Notes: generated from the letters alone by a model not told the origin. A stretch of 47,887 nt of DNA from Candidatus Adlerbacteria bacterium (GCA_903824155.1 CAIJVL010000035.1:1-47887), one strand, 5' to 3'. Shown: positions 1-9,468, counted from the first letter of the stretch. Numbers and translations: made by a program.

Positions 1-78
1 AACCGCACACAGGCCTTTGTTATGAGCCCTAAGGTGTCTCAGCGTTTTATCAAGACCGCCTCAAAGTCGAAGAATTAA
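1..78 (+). CDS. rpmI: 3' end of a gene, probably 50S ribosomal protein L35 (partial)
   Basis: Open frame NRTQAFVMSPKVSQRFIKTASKSKN* ends 11 nt before rplT; call rests mainly on conserved rpmI-rplT synteny. Confidence 0.6.
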   Translation, partial: NRTQAFVMSPKVSQRFIKTASKSKN

Positions 79-89
79 TCAACAAATAT

Positions 90-458
90 ATGGCACGCGT
101 AAAAGGAGGAGTAAATTCAGCAAAGAAGCGCCGCGGCATTTTGGCCATGACCAAAGGTTACCGCTTTGGCCGCAGCACCAAGGTTAAGCAGGCTAAGGAA
201 GCTATCTTCCATGCCGGCAAGTACGCATTTGCGCACCGCCGCGACAAGAAGAACGACTACCGCAAGCTGTGGAACGTCCGCATCAACGCCGGCCTCGACA
301 CTTTGGGTACCGTCACCAAAGAGGGCAAGCCGCTTTCGTACAGCCGCTTTATCGGCGCGCTTAACAAAGCAGAGATCAAAATAAACCGCAAAATGCTCTC
401 TGCGTTGGCCGAGCACTCCCCCAAAACCCTCGAGCGCATAGTCGCCAAGGTCTCCTAA
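90..458 (+). CDS. rplT: 50S ribosomal protein L20
   Basis: MARVKGG...YAFAHRRDKKNDYRKLWNVRINA...SYSRFI...INRKMLS motifs. Confidence 0.98.
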   Translation: MARVKGGVNSAKKRRGILAMTKGYRFGRSTKVKQAKEAIFHAGKYAFAHRRDKKNDYRKLWNVRINAGLDTLGTVTKEGKPLSYSRFIGALNKAEIKINRKMLSALAEHSPKTLERIVAKVS

Positions 459-470
459 GAAAGCTAAATA

Positions 471-502
471 ACAAAATCCCCGCCACTAGGCGGGGATTTT
501 GT
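471..502. terminator. Bidirectional intrinsic terminator
   Basis: acaaaatccccgcc-acta-ggcggggattttgt between convergent genes. Confidence 0.85.
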
Positions 503-1143
503 TATGCGTTGTCGGTGTTTTGGAAGCGGAAGGATGCTCTATTGATTTTGTCTACTTTTACCAAATCGATTATTTCCCCCACCAAGTTTTTGGGGTCGGC
601 GTTAAAGCGTATCTTGTCGTTTTGCCGATGGCCGTTGGTTAAGATGCCTTTTATCTCCTCGGCGGTGGGCCAGTTGCCCTCGTAAATGCCCATCGGCTTG
701 TTGTCCTCAAAAGCAATGGTGAATTCGTGTATCGTGCCGATGCGCCCGCAGCCAAAAAACATGCCGTCTACCGAGCGAGTAAAGATAAGGTCGCGGCCGG
801 GGTACCCAAAGCCGGTGTACACAATAATGTCGTGATACTCGATGGGCAGATTATATTGCTCGACATGTTCTTTCTCACTTGAGGCGGGCGAAAATCCCAC
901 TACAAATCCGCCCGCCTCTTTGGCGCCCATCGCCGCCCACAGCGGGAAGCCGGTCGTAGCGCCGGTGATAAGCATTGCGCCTTGGCGCGCAATTTCGCGC
1001 CCCAGTTCCATGCCTTTGTCGTAGGCATCAATGCCGCAGTGCCCTGTTTCGGCTGCGCCGGAGACGCCCAGCTTTATCTGCAAATGCTCGTTTTTGGGAT
1101 TGATAGTGGTGGTGCTTTTCTCTGGGAGTATTTCCATTTCCAT
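502..1143 (-). CDS. LOG/SLOG-family Rossmann-fold nucleotide-binding protein
   Basis: LGVSGAA, ELGREIA, ITGATTG, VYTGFGYPGRD, GRIGTIHEF motifs; start moved to ATG at 1143. Confidence 0.8.
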   Translation of the reverse strand: MEMEILPEKSTTTINPKNEHLQIKLGVSGAAETGHCGIDAYDKGMELGREIARQGAMLITGATTGFPLWAAMGAKEAGGFVVGFSPASSEKEHVEQYNLPIEYHDIIVYTGFGYPGRDLIFTRSVDGMFFGCGRIGTIHEFTIAFEDNKPMGIYEGNWPTAEEIKGILTNGHRQNDKIRFNADPKNLVGEIIDLVKVDKINRASFRFQNTDNA

Positions 1144-1150
1144 AGATTTA

Positions 1151-2512
1151 TTATAGCTCGATTGTCGCGCTCTCTCCCGCTTCGGGCGCAATAGCATTGA
1201 GCCCCAGATAGTCGCGCAAACGTTGCACCAATGTTGACGATGCAGCAGGCTCTCCCATCACAACAAACACTTTTTTTACCGACGTCTGGATTTTATTTAC
1301 AAACTCAACCAGCTGCTCGGCATCCATATGTGCCGAGTAGCCGTATATCTGTTCTATTTTGGCACGCACCGGCACTTTTTTGCCGTAGAGTTCTATCTCG
1401 CTTGCGCCTTCAATCAAGCGTCGGCCAATGGTGCCTGCAGCCTGGTAGCCCACCACCAAGAGAGTGGTCTTGGTGTCGGGCAGCATAAACTCCTCGTGAG
1501 CCAACACCCTGCCGCCCTGCGCCATGCCACTGCCTGCCAAAATAATTTTAGGATTAGGTGCTGTGGTCAAGCCGTGCGACTCGTTGACATTGCCTATAAA
1601 GTGCAGCTGGGGGAAAGAGAAAATCTTTTCTCCCTTCTCAACACGCTCGCGCAAGGCAGGCGCAAAATACTCGGGATGCGCAGTGTAGGCAGCCGTGATC
1701 TTTTCGGCCAGCGGCGAGTCTACATACACCTCCATGCTCGGGATCTTTTTTTCGGTCATGAGCGTGCGGATTTCGTACAAAAGGTCCTGCGTGCGCTCGG
1801 TCGAGAATGCAGGGATAAGCAGTGCGCCGCCGCGCTTGGCGGCCTCCTCTATCACATTTTCGAGCCGCTCGCGGCGGTCCGCATCGGTGCGTGTGCGGTC
1901 CCCATACACGCTCTCCATCACCAAATAATCGACGCCGGTCGGCTCTTCGCAACGCGGCAAAAGCGGCGAGTTTCCGCTGCCGAGGTCTCCGGTAAAGGCG
2001 ATCGATTTTCCTCCCCTGCTAAATTTTGCGATGGCCGAGCCCAGGATATGCCCGGAGTTTAAAAGCTCAAGCATAACGCTGCCAAGCTTCAGCGGCTCGT
2101 GATAGTTGAGCCCTTTCCACAATTTAAAAGCCGCATCAATATCCTTTTCTTCATATAAGGGCGGTTGCGTTGGGTTTTTATGATTCTCATGCATCATAAG
2201 CATGAGCTCGTCGCGTAAAAGCGGCTCAGTTAGTACGCGCGTACCCTCGGTCGAGTAGATAGTGCCCTTAAAGCCCGCCTTGACCAGCTTGGGGATGCGG
2301 CCGATATGGTCGAGGTGTGCGTGCGTTACTACAAGGTAGTCTACGTCGGCTGGGTTGTATGCAAACGCGGCAGTATTTAAGCCGGTCGCCTCGTCGGTGC
2401 CCTGGTTAAGGCCGCAGTCGATTAAAATCTTTTCAGTACCAGTGTCGAGCAAAAAATTAGAGCCCGTTACCGAGCCCGCTCCTCCGTAAAAAACTATTTT
2501 TGATTGTTGCAT
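1151..2512 (-). CDS. MBL-fold beta-CASP metallo-hydrolase/ribonuclease (YSH1-like)
   Basis: GGAGSVTGS, THAHLDHIG, GHILGS, MESVYGDR, YSAH motifs; start moved to MQQSK. Confidence 0.92.
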   Translation of the reverse strand: MQQSKIVFYGGAGSVTGSNFLLDTGTEKILIDCGLNQGTDEATGLNTAAFAYNPADVDYLVVTHAHLDHIGRIPKLVKAGFKGTIYSTEGTRVLTEPLLRDELMLMMHENHKNPTQPPLYEEKDIDAAFKLWKGLNYHEPLKLGSVMLELLNSGHILGSAIAKFSRGGKSIAFTGDLGSGNSPLLPRCEEPTGVDYLVMESVYGDRTRTDADRRERLENVIEEAAKRGGALLIPAFSTERTQDLLYEIRTLMTEKKIPSMEVYVDSPLAEKITAAYTAHPEYFAPALRERVEKGEKIFSFPQLHFIGNVNESHGLTTAPNPKIILAGSGMAQGGRVLAHEEFMLPDTKTTLLVVGYQAAGTIGRRLIEGASEIELYGKKVPVRAKIEQIYGYSAHMDAEQLVEFVNKIQTSVKKVFVVMGEPAASSTLVQRLRDYLGLNAIAPEAGESATIEL

Positions 2513-2569
2513 TTGTCTTAAAGGCGATTCCTTAGCTTTGGAAGGTGTCGCCTTAGGTCTATTGTAGCA

Positions 2570-2596
2570 AAAATCCCACCAATAGGTGGGATTTTT
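2570..2596. terminator. Intrinsic terminator downstream of the 6S-like RNA
   Basis: aaaatcccacc-aata-ggtgggatttt. Confidence 0.8.
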
Positions 2597-2598
2597 AT

Positions 2599-2728
2599 TA
2601 GGACGTCGCAAGCAAGTGTCTCCCTGTGATAGGTGGGTGTCCTATCGACACCTATAAGCTAGGCTTATGAGATGTCCGCCTTCAGACTCCCGATGAAACA
2701 CTTAAGGACATTTGCCTGCGCCGTCCTA
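2599..2728 (-). ncRNA. ssrS: 6S RNA-like structured RNA (short form)
   Basis: Rod fold with ~25-bp closing stem, central bubble and apical stems; CAUCGGGAG and ACACCCACCU motifs; own promoter and terminator; G-U wobbles favour the minus strand. Confidence 0.75.
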
Positions 2729-2733
2729 CTGTA

Positions 2734-2760
2734 AGTATATCAAATGCTCAAAAAGCGCAA
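2734..2760 (-). promoter_or_regulatory. Sigma70-type promoter of the 6S-like RNA
   Basis: Minus strand TTGCGC-N15-TATACT with extended -10 TGn, about 6 nt upstream of the RNA stem. Confidence 0.6.
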
Positions 2761-2778
2761 CTCGATGGTGAAAAAAGA

Positions 2779-2810
2779 AAAATGCCGTCGAGTTTCCTCG
2801 ACGGCATATT
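2779..2810. terminator. Intrinsic terminator
   Basis: atgccgtcgag-tttc-ctcgacggcat with an A-tract on the left. Confidence 0.75.
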
Positions 2811-2815
2811 ATAAT

Positions 2816-3055
2816 TCATGGCCGAAACGTTCGCCAACCTCCTGCAAACAAGAGCAATCCTCCCATGATGACAAGTGCTGCACCTGTAATTGCGAGACTG
2901 AGATGGCTTGCCGGCGAAGTGGCAATAGCAACTTTATACAAGATGCCGGAGCCGGCACCTACGCTGACAGCAAATCCCATAGTAAGAAATGGGTCTGTTT
3001 TCTTTGTTAAAAGAACTCTTCTGTGTGGACTTCTTTGTACTTCATCGTGCGACAT
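2816..3055 (-). CDS. Small two-TM hypothetical membrane protein
   Basis: AAGGAGG 5 nt before ATG; two hydrophobic segments; terminator follows. Confidence 0.7.
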   Translation of the reverse strand: MSHDEVQRSPHRRVLLTKKTDPFLTMGFAVSVGAGSGILYKVAIATSPASHLSLAITGAALVIMGGLLLFAGGWRTFRP

Positions 3056-3065
3056 TGACACCTCC

Positions 3066-3149
3066 TTATAACACCAAATAGCTGAGGAGTAAGAACGTCC
3101 ATATGAGCGTCGCTATTGCTCCGTACATATTCTGTTCTTCGTTGCGCAC
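3066..3149 (-). CDS. 27-aa single-TM peptide (not in ORF track)
   Basis: AAAGGAG-N6-GTG, MRNEEQNMYGAIATLIWTFLLLSYLVL*; stop overlaps the SD of the next gene. Confidence 0.5.
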   Translation of the reverse strand: MRNEEQNMYGAIATLIWTFLLLSYLVL

Positions 3150-3200
3150 TTTCAGCTCCTTTAGAAGTTCTAAGCCGAAATATATTCTATAGTATTTTTC

Positions 3201-3785
3201 CTATTCGTCAATACCGAAGCGTTTGTATTTGTAGATTCCCTTTTTGCCGAACCAGTGTTTGATTTCGTGCGCTGCTTCCTCGGGAGTCTCTGACGCGTGG
3301 ATGAGATTGTAGATAGCGCGCTTTTCGATGTTGGCTGATATTGCCGAGTCTGCCGAGAAGTCGCCGCGGATAGTGCCCATATCTGCCGAGTACGGCATAG
3401 TGGCGCCGACAATCTTGCGGACCATGTCTACCGAGTGCACGCCTTGCACTACCATTTTAACCAATGGGGCTGACACCATGTAGTCGATAAGCCAGCTGCG
3501 CACTACCTTGCCCACTTTTTTAAGGTCGGTCGTGCCGAAATCGCGCTTGAGGTCGTGGCCGTACTTTGCGTACGTGCCGGACGTGCGCTCGCCAAGGCGG
3601 TTGATCCATGCATCGCTCTTGGGGTAATGATTATCCATTTCCTTGTAGGTGGGCTGGAACATTTCGAGCGCAACAATCTTAAGATCGCGCTGCTCCATGC
3701 GCTTGATGATCTCGCCGATGAGACCCTTGCGGACGCCGTCGGGCTTTATCATTACATATGTAAGCTCTTCCTTCGGGTGTTTCAT
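3201..3785 (-). CDS. ndk: Nucleoside diphosphate kinase (long form)
   Basis: IKPDGV, GTIRGDF, NLIHAS catalytic His. Confidence 0.95.
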   Translation of the reverse strand: MKHPKEELTYVMIKPDGVRKGLIGEIIKRMEQRDLKIVALEMFQPTYKEMDNHYPKSDAWINRLGERTSGTYAKYGHDLKRDFGTTDLKKVGKVVRSWLIDYMVSAPLVKMVVQGVHSVDMVRKIVGATMPYSADMGTIRGDFSADSAISANIEKRAIYNLIHASETPEEAAHEIKHWFGKKGIYKYKRFGIDE

Positions 3786-3831
3786 GCTTTGCACTTTACC
3801 ACGGAAGCCTTATATTGCAACCTTTTTTGGG

Positions 3832-4593
3832 CTATGCCGTGAGCACCTCGCAGCCGCCCTGGGTTATTAAAATAGTATGCTCGGTTTCGGCGCTGCGCGA
3901 GCCGTCGGCAGTGCGGTACGTCCATTGGTCGCTTTCAAGTTCAATATCCCCCTTCCCTTCGGTAAAAATAGGCTCGACTGCAATCACCATACCCTGTGGC
4001 AAAACCTCGCCTTTGCCCGCAGTGCCCACGTTACCAATGTACGGCTTTTCGTGGGGCACAAGCCCAAGCGCGTGCCCACCCAAGTCCTCTACCACGGCAA
4101 AATTATATTTTTTGGCAACTGCTTGTATGGCGGCGCCAATGTCTCCCACGCGCACGCCCGGCTTTATTATTTTTATTGCTGCCTTGAGCGCCTCTTTGGT
4201 AGCCTCTACCAATTTTTTACCCGAAGCATCTCCCTCGCCAGCAAACACCGTAATAGCCGCGTCGCTAAAGTAACCGTTGTAACTTACGCCCAAGTCCAGC
4301 ATGACCATGTCGCCCTCCTCTAGCACCCGGCGCTCGCTGGGGATGCCATGCACTACCTCATCGTTGATAGACACGCACAGCGATGCCGGGAACGGGTACG
4401 CCGAGCCGTCTTGTTTATAGTTTAAAAAGGCCGGCTCGCCGCCCAGGTCGCGTATATATTTTTCGGCAGCCAAGTCAAGAGCCGCAGTGGTTACACCGGG
4501 CTTTACCATGCTTGCGACATGACGCAATGCACCGGCCAATATTTTGCCGGCTTTGCGCAAATTCTCTATTTCTTCGGTAGTAGATACGATCAT
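3832..4593 (-). CDS. map: Type I methionine aminopeptidase
   Basis: FPASLCVSINDEVVHGIP, GHALG..HE, AVEPI, AETEHT. Confidence 0.96.
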   Translation of the reverse strand: MIVSTTEEIENLRKAGKILAGALRHVASMVKPGVTTAALDLAAEKYIRDLGGEPAFLNYKQDGSAYPFPASLCVSINDEVVHGIPSERRVLEEGDMVMLDLGVSYNGYFSDAAITVFAGEGDASGKKLVEATKEALKAAIKIIKPGVRVGDIGAAIQAVAKKYNFAVVEDLGGHALGLVPHEKPYIGNVGTAGKGEVLPQGMVIAVEPIFTEGKGDIELESDQWTYRTADGSRSAETEHTILITQGGCEVLTA

Positions 4594-4597
4594 AGGA

Positions 4598-5185
4598 TTA
4601 TTGGAGATTGAGGGCACGTAGCACGTCTATGTGCACTTGCTCGATTGCTTGGTTGCCGTTGACTACCACCAGCGTACCTTCGCTTTTAAAATAGTCTATC
4701 GACTTGATAGTGAGTTCGTTAAATTTATCGAAGCGCTCTTGGAGCGCCGCCGCGTTGTCGTCGGCACGGCCCTCAAGGCCGGCGCGCTTAAGTAAACGCT
4801 CGCGCAAAGCATCCTCAGGCGCGTCTAAATACACGGCAACGTATGCACGATTCAGCCATACGGCCGCTTCGTGAAAGCGCATCGCCTCTTCCAGAATCCG
4901 GCACGAGCCTTCAAACACAATAGTATCTGCCGGTTCGAGCTTTATAAGTGCCTCTTCAAACAAATACTGTGACACCCAAATGGGCATCAAGTCGCCGCGT
5001 TCCATCACCTCTTTGGTGCGCTTGCCAAAATAGCTGCCGCCTGCGGCCATCTCGCGCAAGCGGTTGCCGGAAGAGTACACGGCGCCACCAACCTTTTCGG
5101 CAAGCATTTTAGCTTGTGTCCCCTTCCCGCTTCCGGGCCGCCCCATCATTAAAAAGGTTTGCACTTTATTTCCTGTGTCGCTCAT
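4598..5185 (-). CDS. adk: Adenylate kinase (short LID)
   Basis: GRPGSGKGTQA P-loop, GRADD; located downstream of secY. Confidence 0.9.
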   Translation of the reverse strand: MSDTGNKVQTFLMMGRPGSGKGTQAKMLAEKVGGAVYSSGNRLREMAAGGSYFGKRTKEVMERGDLMPIWVSQYLFEEALIKLEPADTIVFEGSCRILEEAMRFHEAAVWLNRAYVAVYLDAPEDALRERLLKRAGLEGRADDNAAALQERFDKFNELTIKSIDYFKSEGTLVVVNGNQAIEQVHIDVLRALNLQ

Positions 5186-5218
5186 TGCAAGCAACAATAG
5201 CACAAAACAGTACATTTG

Positions 5219-5416
5219 TTACTCGCCTTCGTGGTCATGAGCGGTATCCTCGGTGCTGTCGAGTGTCCAGCTCTCTTTATCATGGCGAGGCTTGATGATG
5301 TCTTCGACATCCGAGTCATCCTCTTCATATGACTCTGTTTTTGGACGGCGGTCAAACAGCGCCCACATCACCCAGATAGCCACGATGACCAGTATGCCTC
5401 CCCACAAAAAATCCAT
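5219..5416 (-). CDS. Small single-TM protein with acidic tail
   Basis: MDFLWGGILVIVAIWVMWALF followed by D/E-rich tail; TGG-TATGTT-N6-ATG upstream. Confidence 0.65.
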   Translation of the reverse strand: MDFLWGGILVIVAIWVMWALFDRRPKTESYEEDDSDVEDIIKPRHDKESWTLDSTEDTAHDHEGE

Positions 5417-5433
5417 ACCCCCAACATACCATA

Positions 5434-5466
5434 TAAAAAGCCCCCGCCGCATGCGGGGGGCTTTTT
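5434..5466. terminator. Terminator after secY
   Basis: aaaaagcccccgc-cgcat-gcgggggctttt. Confidence 0.8.
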
Positions 5467-5482
5467 ACTTATTTCTAGAATG

Positions 5483-6754
5483 TTAGTACTCGCGGATGGA
5501 GATCTGCGCGTCGACGCGGCGGGCTAGGTCAAGGATTACGGAGACGACGATCAACAAAGCGGTACCGCCAAGCGCCAAGCTTTGGATATTAGTCAGTGAC
5601 TGCACGATGATAGGCATGACCGCAATAAGACCAAGGAAGAGTGCGCCTACCAGCGTAATGCGGGTGATAACTTTGGCCAAATATTCCTCGGTAGGCATCC
5701 CGGGGCGTACGCCGGGGATAAACGCGCCGTTCTTTTGCAAGTTCTCGGCGATAGCGTGCGGATCAAACGTAACTGCGGTGTAAAAGTAGGTAAAGAGTAC
5801 GACGAGTACAAAGTAGACGCTGCCGTAAAAGCCCAAGTTTTGGAGCCACGAAAGGATAAAGCTCGAGGTTGCGGCAAGCCAATGATGTGTTGACGCTTGG
5901 AAGAAGGTTGCAAACATCTGCGGCAGAAGCAGGAACGAAAGCGCAAAGATGATCGGGATAACGCCTGCCTGGTTAAGGCGCAGCGGCAAGTACGTAGACT
6001 GCCCGCCATAGACCTTCATGCCGCGGATGCGCTTGGCGTAGGTAACCGGCACCGGGCGCTCGGCCTCGGTAACCACCACCACTGCCGCAACAACCGCCAC
6101 GGCCGCAACGATAAAGCCGATGTATACCGGCAGCTGCGTCGTGTCGAACGAAAAGAGGAGCTGGCTTACCGTGCGGGGCAAGCGCGCAACGATGCCGGCA
6201 AAGATAAGCAAAGAAACGCCGTTGCCAAGACCGAACTCAGATATAAGCTCGCCGAGCCACATTAGGAGTATTGAGCCTGCGGTAACTACAAGCACGTTTA
6301 CGCCAAACTGGAAGGGAGAGAGGGTCGGCAAGACTGCCTCGCGCTGGAGCAAGAGCAGGAAGCCGATGCCTTGCACCACGGCGATAGGCAACGTAATAAG
6401 GCGCGAGTACTGGCTAAACCGCTGGCGGCCCGCCTCACCCTCTTCCTGGTAGAGCTGCTTGAGGCGCGGCACCATAATGGTAAGAAGCTGCATGATGATG
6501 CTCGAAGTGATGTACGGGCCAACACCCAGCAATACTATGGAAAGGTTTGAAAGCCCGCCGCCTGAAAAGAGGTTAAGCAGGCCAAAGAATTGGTTGTTAT
6601 TAAAAAATTGCTGGAGCTGCGCTGCGTTGATGCCCGGGATCGGTATCGCCGCTAAAAGGCGGAAGATAGCGAGTACCGAGAGCACAAACAAAAGGCGCGA
6701 GCGCAACTGCGCGTCTTTCATCAAAAGCGCGAATTTTTGGAAAAAAGTATTCAT
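5483..6754 (-). CDS. secY: Preprotein translocase SecY
   Basis: LGVGPYITSSIIMQLL, GLGNGVSLLIFAGI, NQAGVIPIIFA, FIPGVRPG. Confidence 0.99.
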   Translation of the reverse strand: MNTFFQKFALLMKDAQLRSRLLFVLSVLAIFRLLAAIPIPGINAAQLQQFFNNNQFFGLLNLFSGGGLSNLSIVLLGVGPYITSSIIMQLLTIMVPRLKQLYQEEGEAGRQRFSQYSRLITLPIAVVQGIGFLLLLQREAVLPTLSPFQFGVNVLVVTAGSILLMWLGELISEFGLGNGVSLLIFAGIVARLPRTVSQLLFSFDTTQLPVYIGFIVAAVAVVAAVVVVTEAERPVPVTYAKRIRGMKVYGGQSTYLPLRLNQAGVIPIIFALSFLLLPQMFATFFQASTHHWLAATSSFILSWLQNLGFYGSVYFVLVVLFTYFYTAVTFDPHAIAENLQKNGAFIPGVRPGMPTEEYLAKVITRITLVGALFLGLIAVMPIIVQSLTNIQSLALGGTALLIVVSVILDLARRVDAQISIREY

Positions 6755-6767
6755 ATCCGTCTAAGAA

Positions 6768-7283
6768 TTACTCTGCTTTAGCTTTTTGCTTTGCCGCCTT
6801 TTCCTTCGGCATCCTTATCTTCGAAACCTTTTCCTCAAGAGCCGCAACTGACCCGCCTGCTGCCTCGATTTTTGATTTAGCCGACGCGGAAACGCTGCAG
6901 CCGCTCACCGCAAACTTTTTAGTTACGTCGCCGTCGCCTAGTATCTTGATGACCGGATTCTTAATGCCTTTGCGGGTGCGCACCAAACCCTGCTCGACGA
7001 GCGTCTTTGCATTTATGGTTGCGCCTGAAGAAAATGCCTTGTCGAGAGATGCCAAGTTAACGACATGCGGCTTGTTTTGGATGCTGATAAGTCCGCCTAC
7101 GCCGCGACCACGGAGCTTCGGGAGCTTTTTGAGCTGCTCGCGGATAGCAGGCATGATGCTGTGGCCGGCGCGCGCCTTCTGGCCCTTGGTGCCGCGACCC
7201 GAGGTCTTGCCGCGTCCGCCACCGCGCCCTACGCGCTTGGGCTTTTTATTTTCAGTTTTGCGTTTTAGTTCGTGAAGCTGCAT
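6768..7283 (-). CDS. rplO: 50S ribosomal protein L15
   Basis: RVGRGGGRGKTSGRGTKGQKAR; KILGDG. Confidence 0.97.
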   Translation of the reverse strand: MQLHELKRKTENKKPKRVGRGGGRGKTSGRGTKGQKARAGHSIMPAIREQLKKLPKLRGRGVGGLISIQNKPHVVNLASLDKAFSSGATINAKTLVEQGLVRTRKGIKNPVIKILGDGDVTKKFAVSGCSVSASAKSKIEAAGGSVAALEEKVSKIRMPKEKAAKQKAKAE

Positions 7284-7288
7284 AAAAA

Positions 7289-7954
7289 TTAGTTGAGTTT
7301 CTTAAGGGCCTCGATAGCGGCGCGTGCGTTGTTAAGACCGTTTTTTGAACCCGAGTGGAGCTTGGCAACAATGTCAGTAATGCCGGCGAGCTCGAGTACC
7401 GGGCGTACCGATGAACCGGCAACCAAACCGCGGCCGCGTGCCGGCATGAGCAATACGACCGATGCGCAGTACTTAGCCTCTGTGTCGTAGGGAATGGAGT
7501 TATTTTTAGTGAGCGGCACGGTGATCATGTTTTTCTTGGCGTTGCGGACAGCCTTGTCGATTGCCAAAGTGGTATCGCCCGCCTTGCCCAAACCTACGCC
7601 TACTTTGCCCTTTTTGTTGCCGATGATTATGGCAACCGAGAAAGAGAAGCGGCGGCCGCCGGCAACCACGCGGGCTACGCGGCGGATGTTGATCATGCGC
7701 TGGTCATACTCGCTTTTGCGCTCGGGGCGGCGCGAGTTAGAGCGGTTGCCGCCCGGGCGGCCTCCAGCCCCGCCGCGGCCGCCTGCGCCCCCATGACCAC
7801 CAGAGCGGCGGTCAAGCGGGCGTCCGGCGCGGCGTGCCGCATCGGCAAAAGGCGTTGCTGCAGCCGGTGCCGCTGCAGTTGAGACAGCTTCAACAACCTC
7901 CGGTACTACCGGTGTCTCTTCAACTACTACATCTATATTTTCGTTATCAGCCAT
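7289..7954 (-). CDS. rpsE: 30S ribosomal protein S5
   Basis: RVARVVAGGRRFSFS, VGVGLGKA; long N-terminal extension. Confidence 0.98.
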   Translation of the reverse strand: MADNENIDVVVEETPVVPEVVEAVSTAAAPAAATPFADAARRAGRPLDRRSGGHGGAGGRGGAGGRPGGNRSNSRRPERKSEYDQRMINIRRVARVVAGGRRFSFSVAIIIGNKKGKVGVGLGKAGDTTLAIDKAVRNAKKNMITVPLTKNNSIPYDTEAKYCASVVLLMPARGRGLVAGSSVRPVLELAGITDIVAKLHSGSKNGLNNARAAIEALKKLN

Positions 7955-7961
7955 ATATTAT

Positions 7962-8336
7962 TTAAAACTTCAATCCGCCTTCGCGTGCAGCCTCTGCAAG
8001 CATCGAGACCCGGCCAGTATAGCGGAAACCGCCGCGGTCGAACACTACCGTAGTAATCCCTGCTGCCTGTGCGCGTTTTGCCAAGTCCAGCCCCAGCGCT
8101 TTTGCGGCGTCCATCTTCTTCACTTCCTTTCCCTTCTTACCTTTTTCAGCAACTACTTTAGTGCTGCCTGCTACCAGCGTCTTGCCGGCAGTGTCGTCGA
8201 TTATCTGCGCGTGCAAGTAGCGGTTAGACTTGTAGACTGCCAAGCGGGGGCGCTCGGAGGTACCCGCAACCTTGGCGCGGATGCGCGCGTGACGGCGCTG
8301 GTGGTTTTCTGCGTTTTTAATAGTTTTAGTAGACAT
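7962..8336 (-). CDS. rplR: 50S ribosomal protein L18
   Basis: RPRLAVYKSNRY, VVFDRGGFRYTGRV. Confidence 0.98.
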   Translation of the reverse strand: MSTKTIKNAENHQRRHARIRAKVAGTSERPRLAVYKSNRYLHAQIIDDTAGKTLVAGSTKVVAEKGKKGKEVKKMDAAKALGLDLAKRAQAAGITTVVFDRGGFRYTGRVSMLAEAAREGGLKF

Positions 8337-8342
8337 ACAGGT

Positions 8343-8876
8343 TTATGCGGCTTTCTTGCCCTGCTTGCGGCGGATAACCTCGCCCTCGTAACGGATACCC
8401 TTGCCTTTGTACGGCTCTGGCTTCTTAAGAGCGCGGATGTTTGCGGCAAACTGGCCGACCGCTTCTTTGTCAAAACCCTCAATAGTAAGAGTTCCTTTGT
8501 CTGCCTTAACAGCCAAACCCTCGGGAATCGCTACCTTTACGGGGTGTGAGAAGCCAAGCGCGAGGTTAAGCGTTTTACCCTGGACATCCCACTTGTAACC
8601 GACGCCTTCAACAAGCAGCTTTTTAGAAAAGCCTTTGGTGACGCCCTCGAGCATATTCATGATATGCGAAGCGTACGTACCAACGAGTGCCTGAGCCTCT
8701 TTAGACTCGCCCTTTTTGGCAACCTGTACGCCTTCCTTCCCTACCTCGATAGAGATAAGGCGGTGGGCAGGCTTAACCAACGTGCCCTTGGGGCCTTTGA
8801 CGCGCACCTCCATTGCCGAGACGGTAACCTCGGTTGAAGGCGGCATTGCAATTGGGCGTTTAGCTAAGCGTGACAT
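8343..8876 (-). CDS. rplF: 50S ribosomal protein L6
   Basis: VKGPKG, LGFSHPV, PEPYKGKGIRY. Confidence 0.98.
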   Translation of the reverse strand: MSRLAKRPIAMPPSTEVTVSAMEVRVKGPKGTLVKPAHRLISIEVGKEGVQVAKKGESKEAQALVGTYASHIMNMLEGVTKGFSKKLLVEGVGYKWDVQGKTLNLALGFSHPVKVAIPEGLAVKADKGTLTIEGFDKEAVGQFAANIRALKKPEPYKGKGIRYEGEVIRRKQGKKAA

Positions 8877-8891
8877 ATATTTTTGAATGAT

Positions 8892-9278
8892 TTACCAGAT
8901 TTCGAACAGGGCTTCTCCGCCGACACGCTTAACCATGGCCTCTTTGCCGGTCAAGATTCCTGCCGGAGTCGAGAGGACCAAAAGACCATGGCCCCGCTTG
9001 ACCGGCTTAACGTCGCGGACACCAAGGTACATGCGGCGACTAGGCTTAGAGATGCGCTTAAAGCCTCCAAAGGCCGGACGGTTGTTTTTGTACACAAGAC
9101 CGATGGTAAAGTTGATGTCTTTAGACTTCTTATCTACTTCGCCAATGTAGCCCTCGCGGGCGAGGATGTCGGCAATAGCGAGCTTGATCTGCGAGCGCGG
9201 CAAGGTAACGCGGGCTTTGCCCACCATAGAGGCGTTTTGGAGGCGCACAAGCATGTCTGAAATAGGGTCGTTTACCAT
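8892..9278 (-). CDS. rpsH: 30S ribosomal protein S8
   Basis: DPISDMLVRLQNA, RISKPSRRMY, STPAGI; start MVNDP. Confidence 0.97.
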   Translation of the reverse strand: MVNDPISDMLVRLQNASMVGKARVTLPRSQIKLAIADILAREGYIGEVDKKSKDINFTIGLVYKNNRPAFGGFKRISKPSRRMYLGVRDVKPVKRGHGLLVLSTPAGILTGKEAMVKRVGGEALFEIW

Positions 9279-9282
9279 AAAA

Positions 9283-9468
9283 TTACCAAGATGATTTGCG
9301 AATACCCGGGATAAGGCCCTCGTTAGCAGCCTCGCGGAAGCAGGCGCGGCACATACCAAAGTCACGCATAAAGGCGCGCTTGCGGCCGCAGCGGAAGCAG
9401 CGGTTAACTACGCGGGACTTAAATTTGGGCGGGCGGTTTGACCGCGCTACGGTTGATTTTTTTGCCAT
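9283..9468 (-). CDS. rpsN: 30S ribosomal protein S14 (Zn-binding type Z)
   Basis: RCFRCGR...MCRACFRE...IPGIRKSSW. Confidence 0.97.
   Translation of the reverse strand: MAKKSTVARSNRPPKFKSRVVNRCFRCGRKRAFMRDFGMCRACFREAANEGLIPGIRKSSW

Noticed and set aside
2599..2728. tRNA, SRP RNA or riboswitch interpretation
   Set aside because: No cloverleaf, no SRP domain IV loop motif, and it is a stand-alone terminated unit; rod-plus-bubble fits 6S better.
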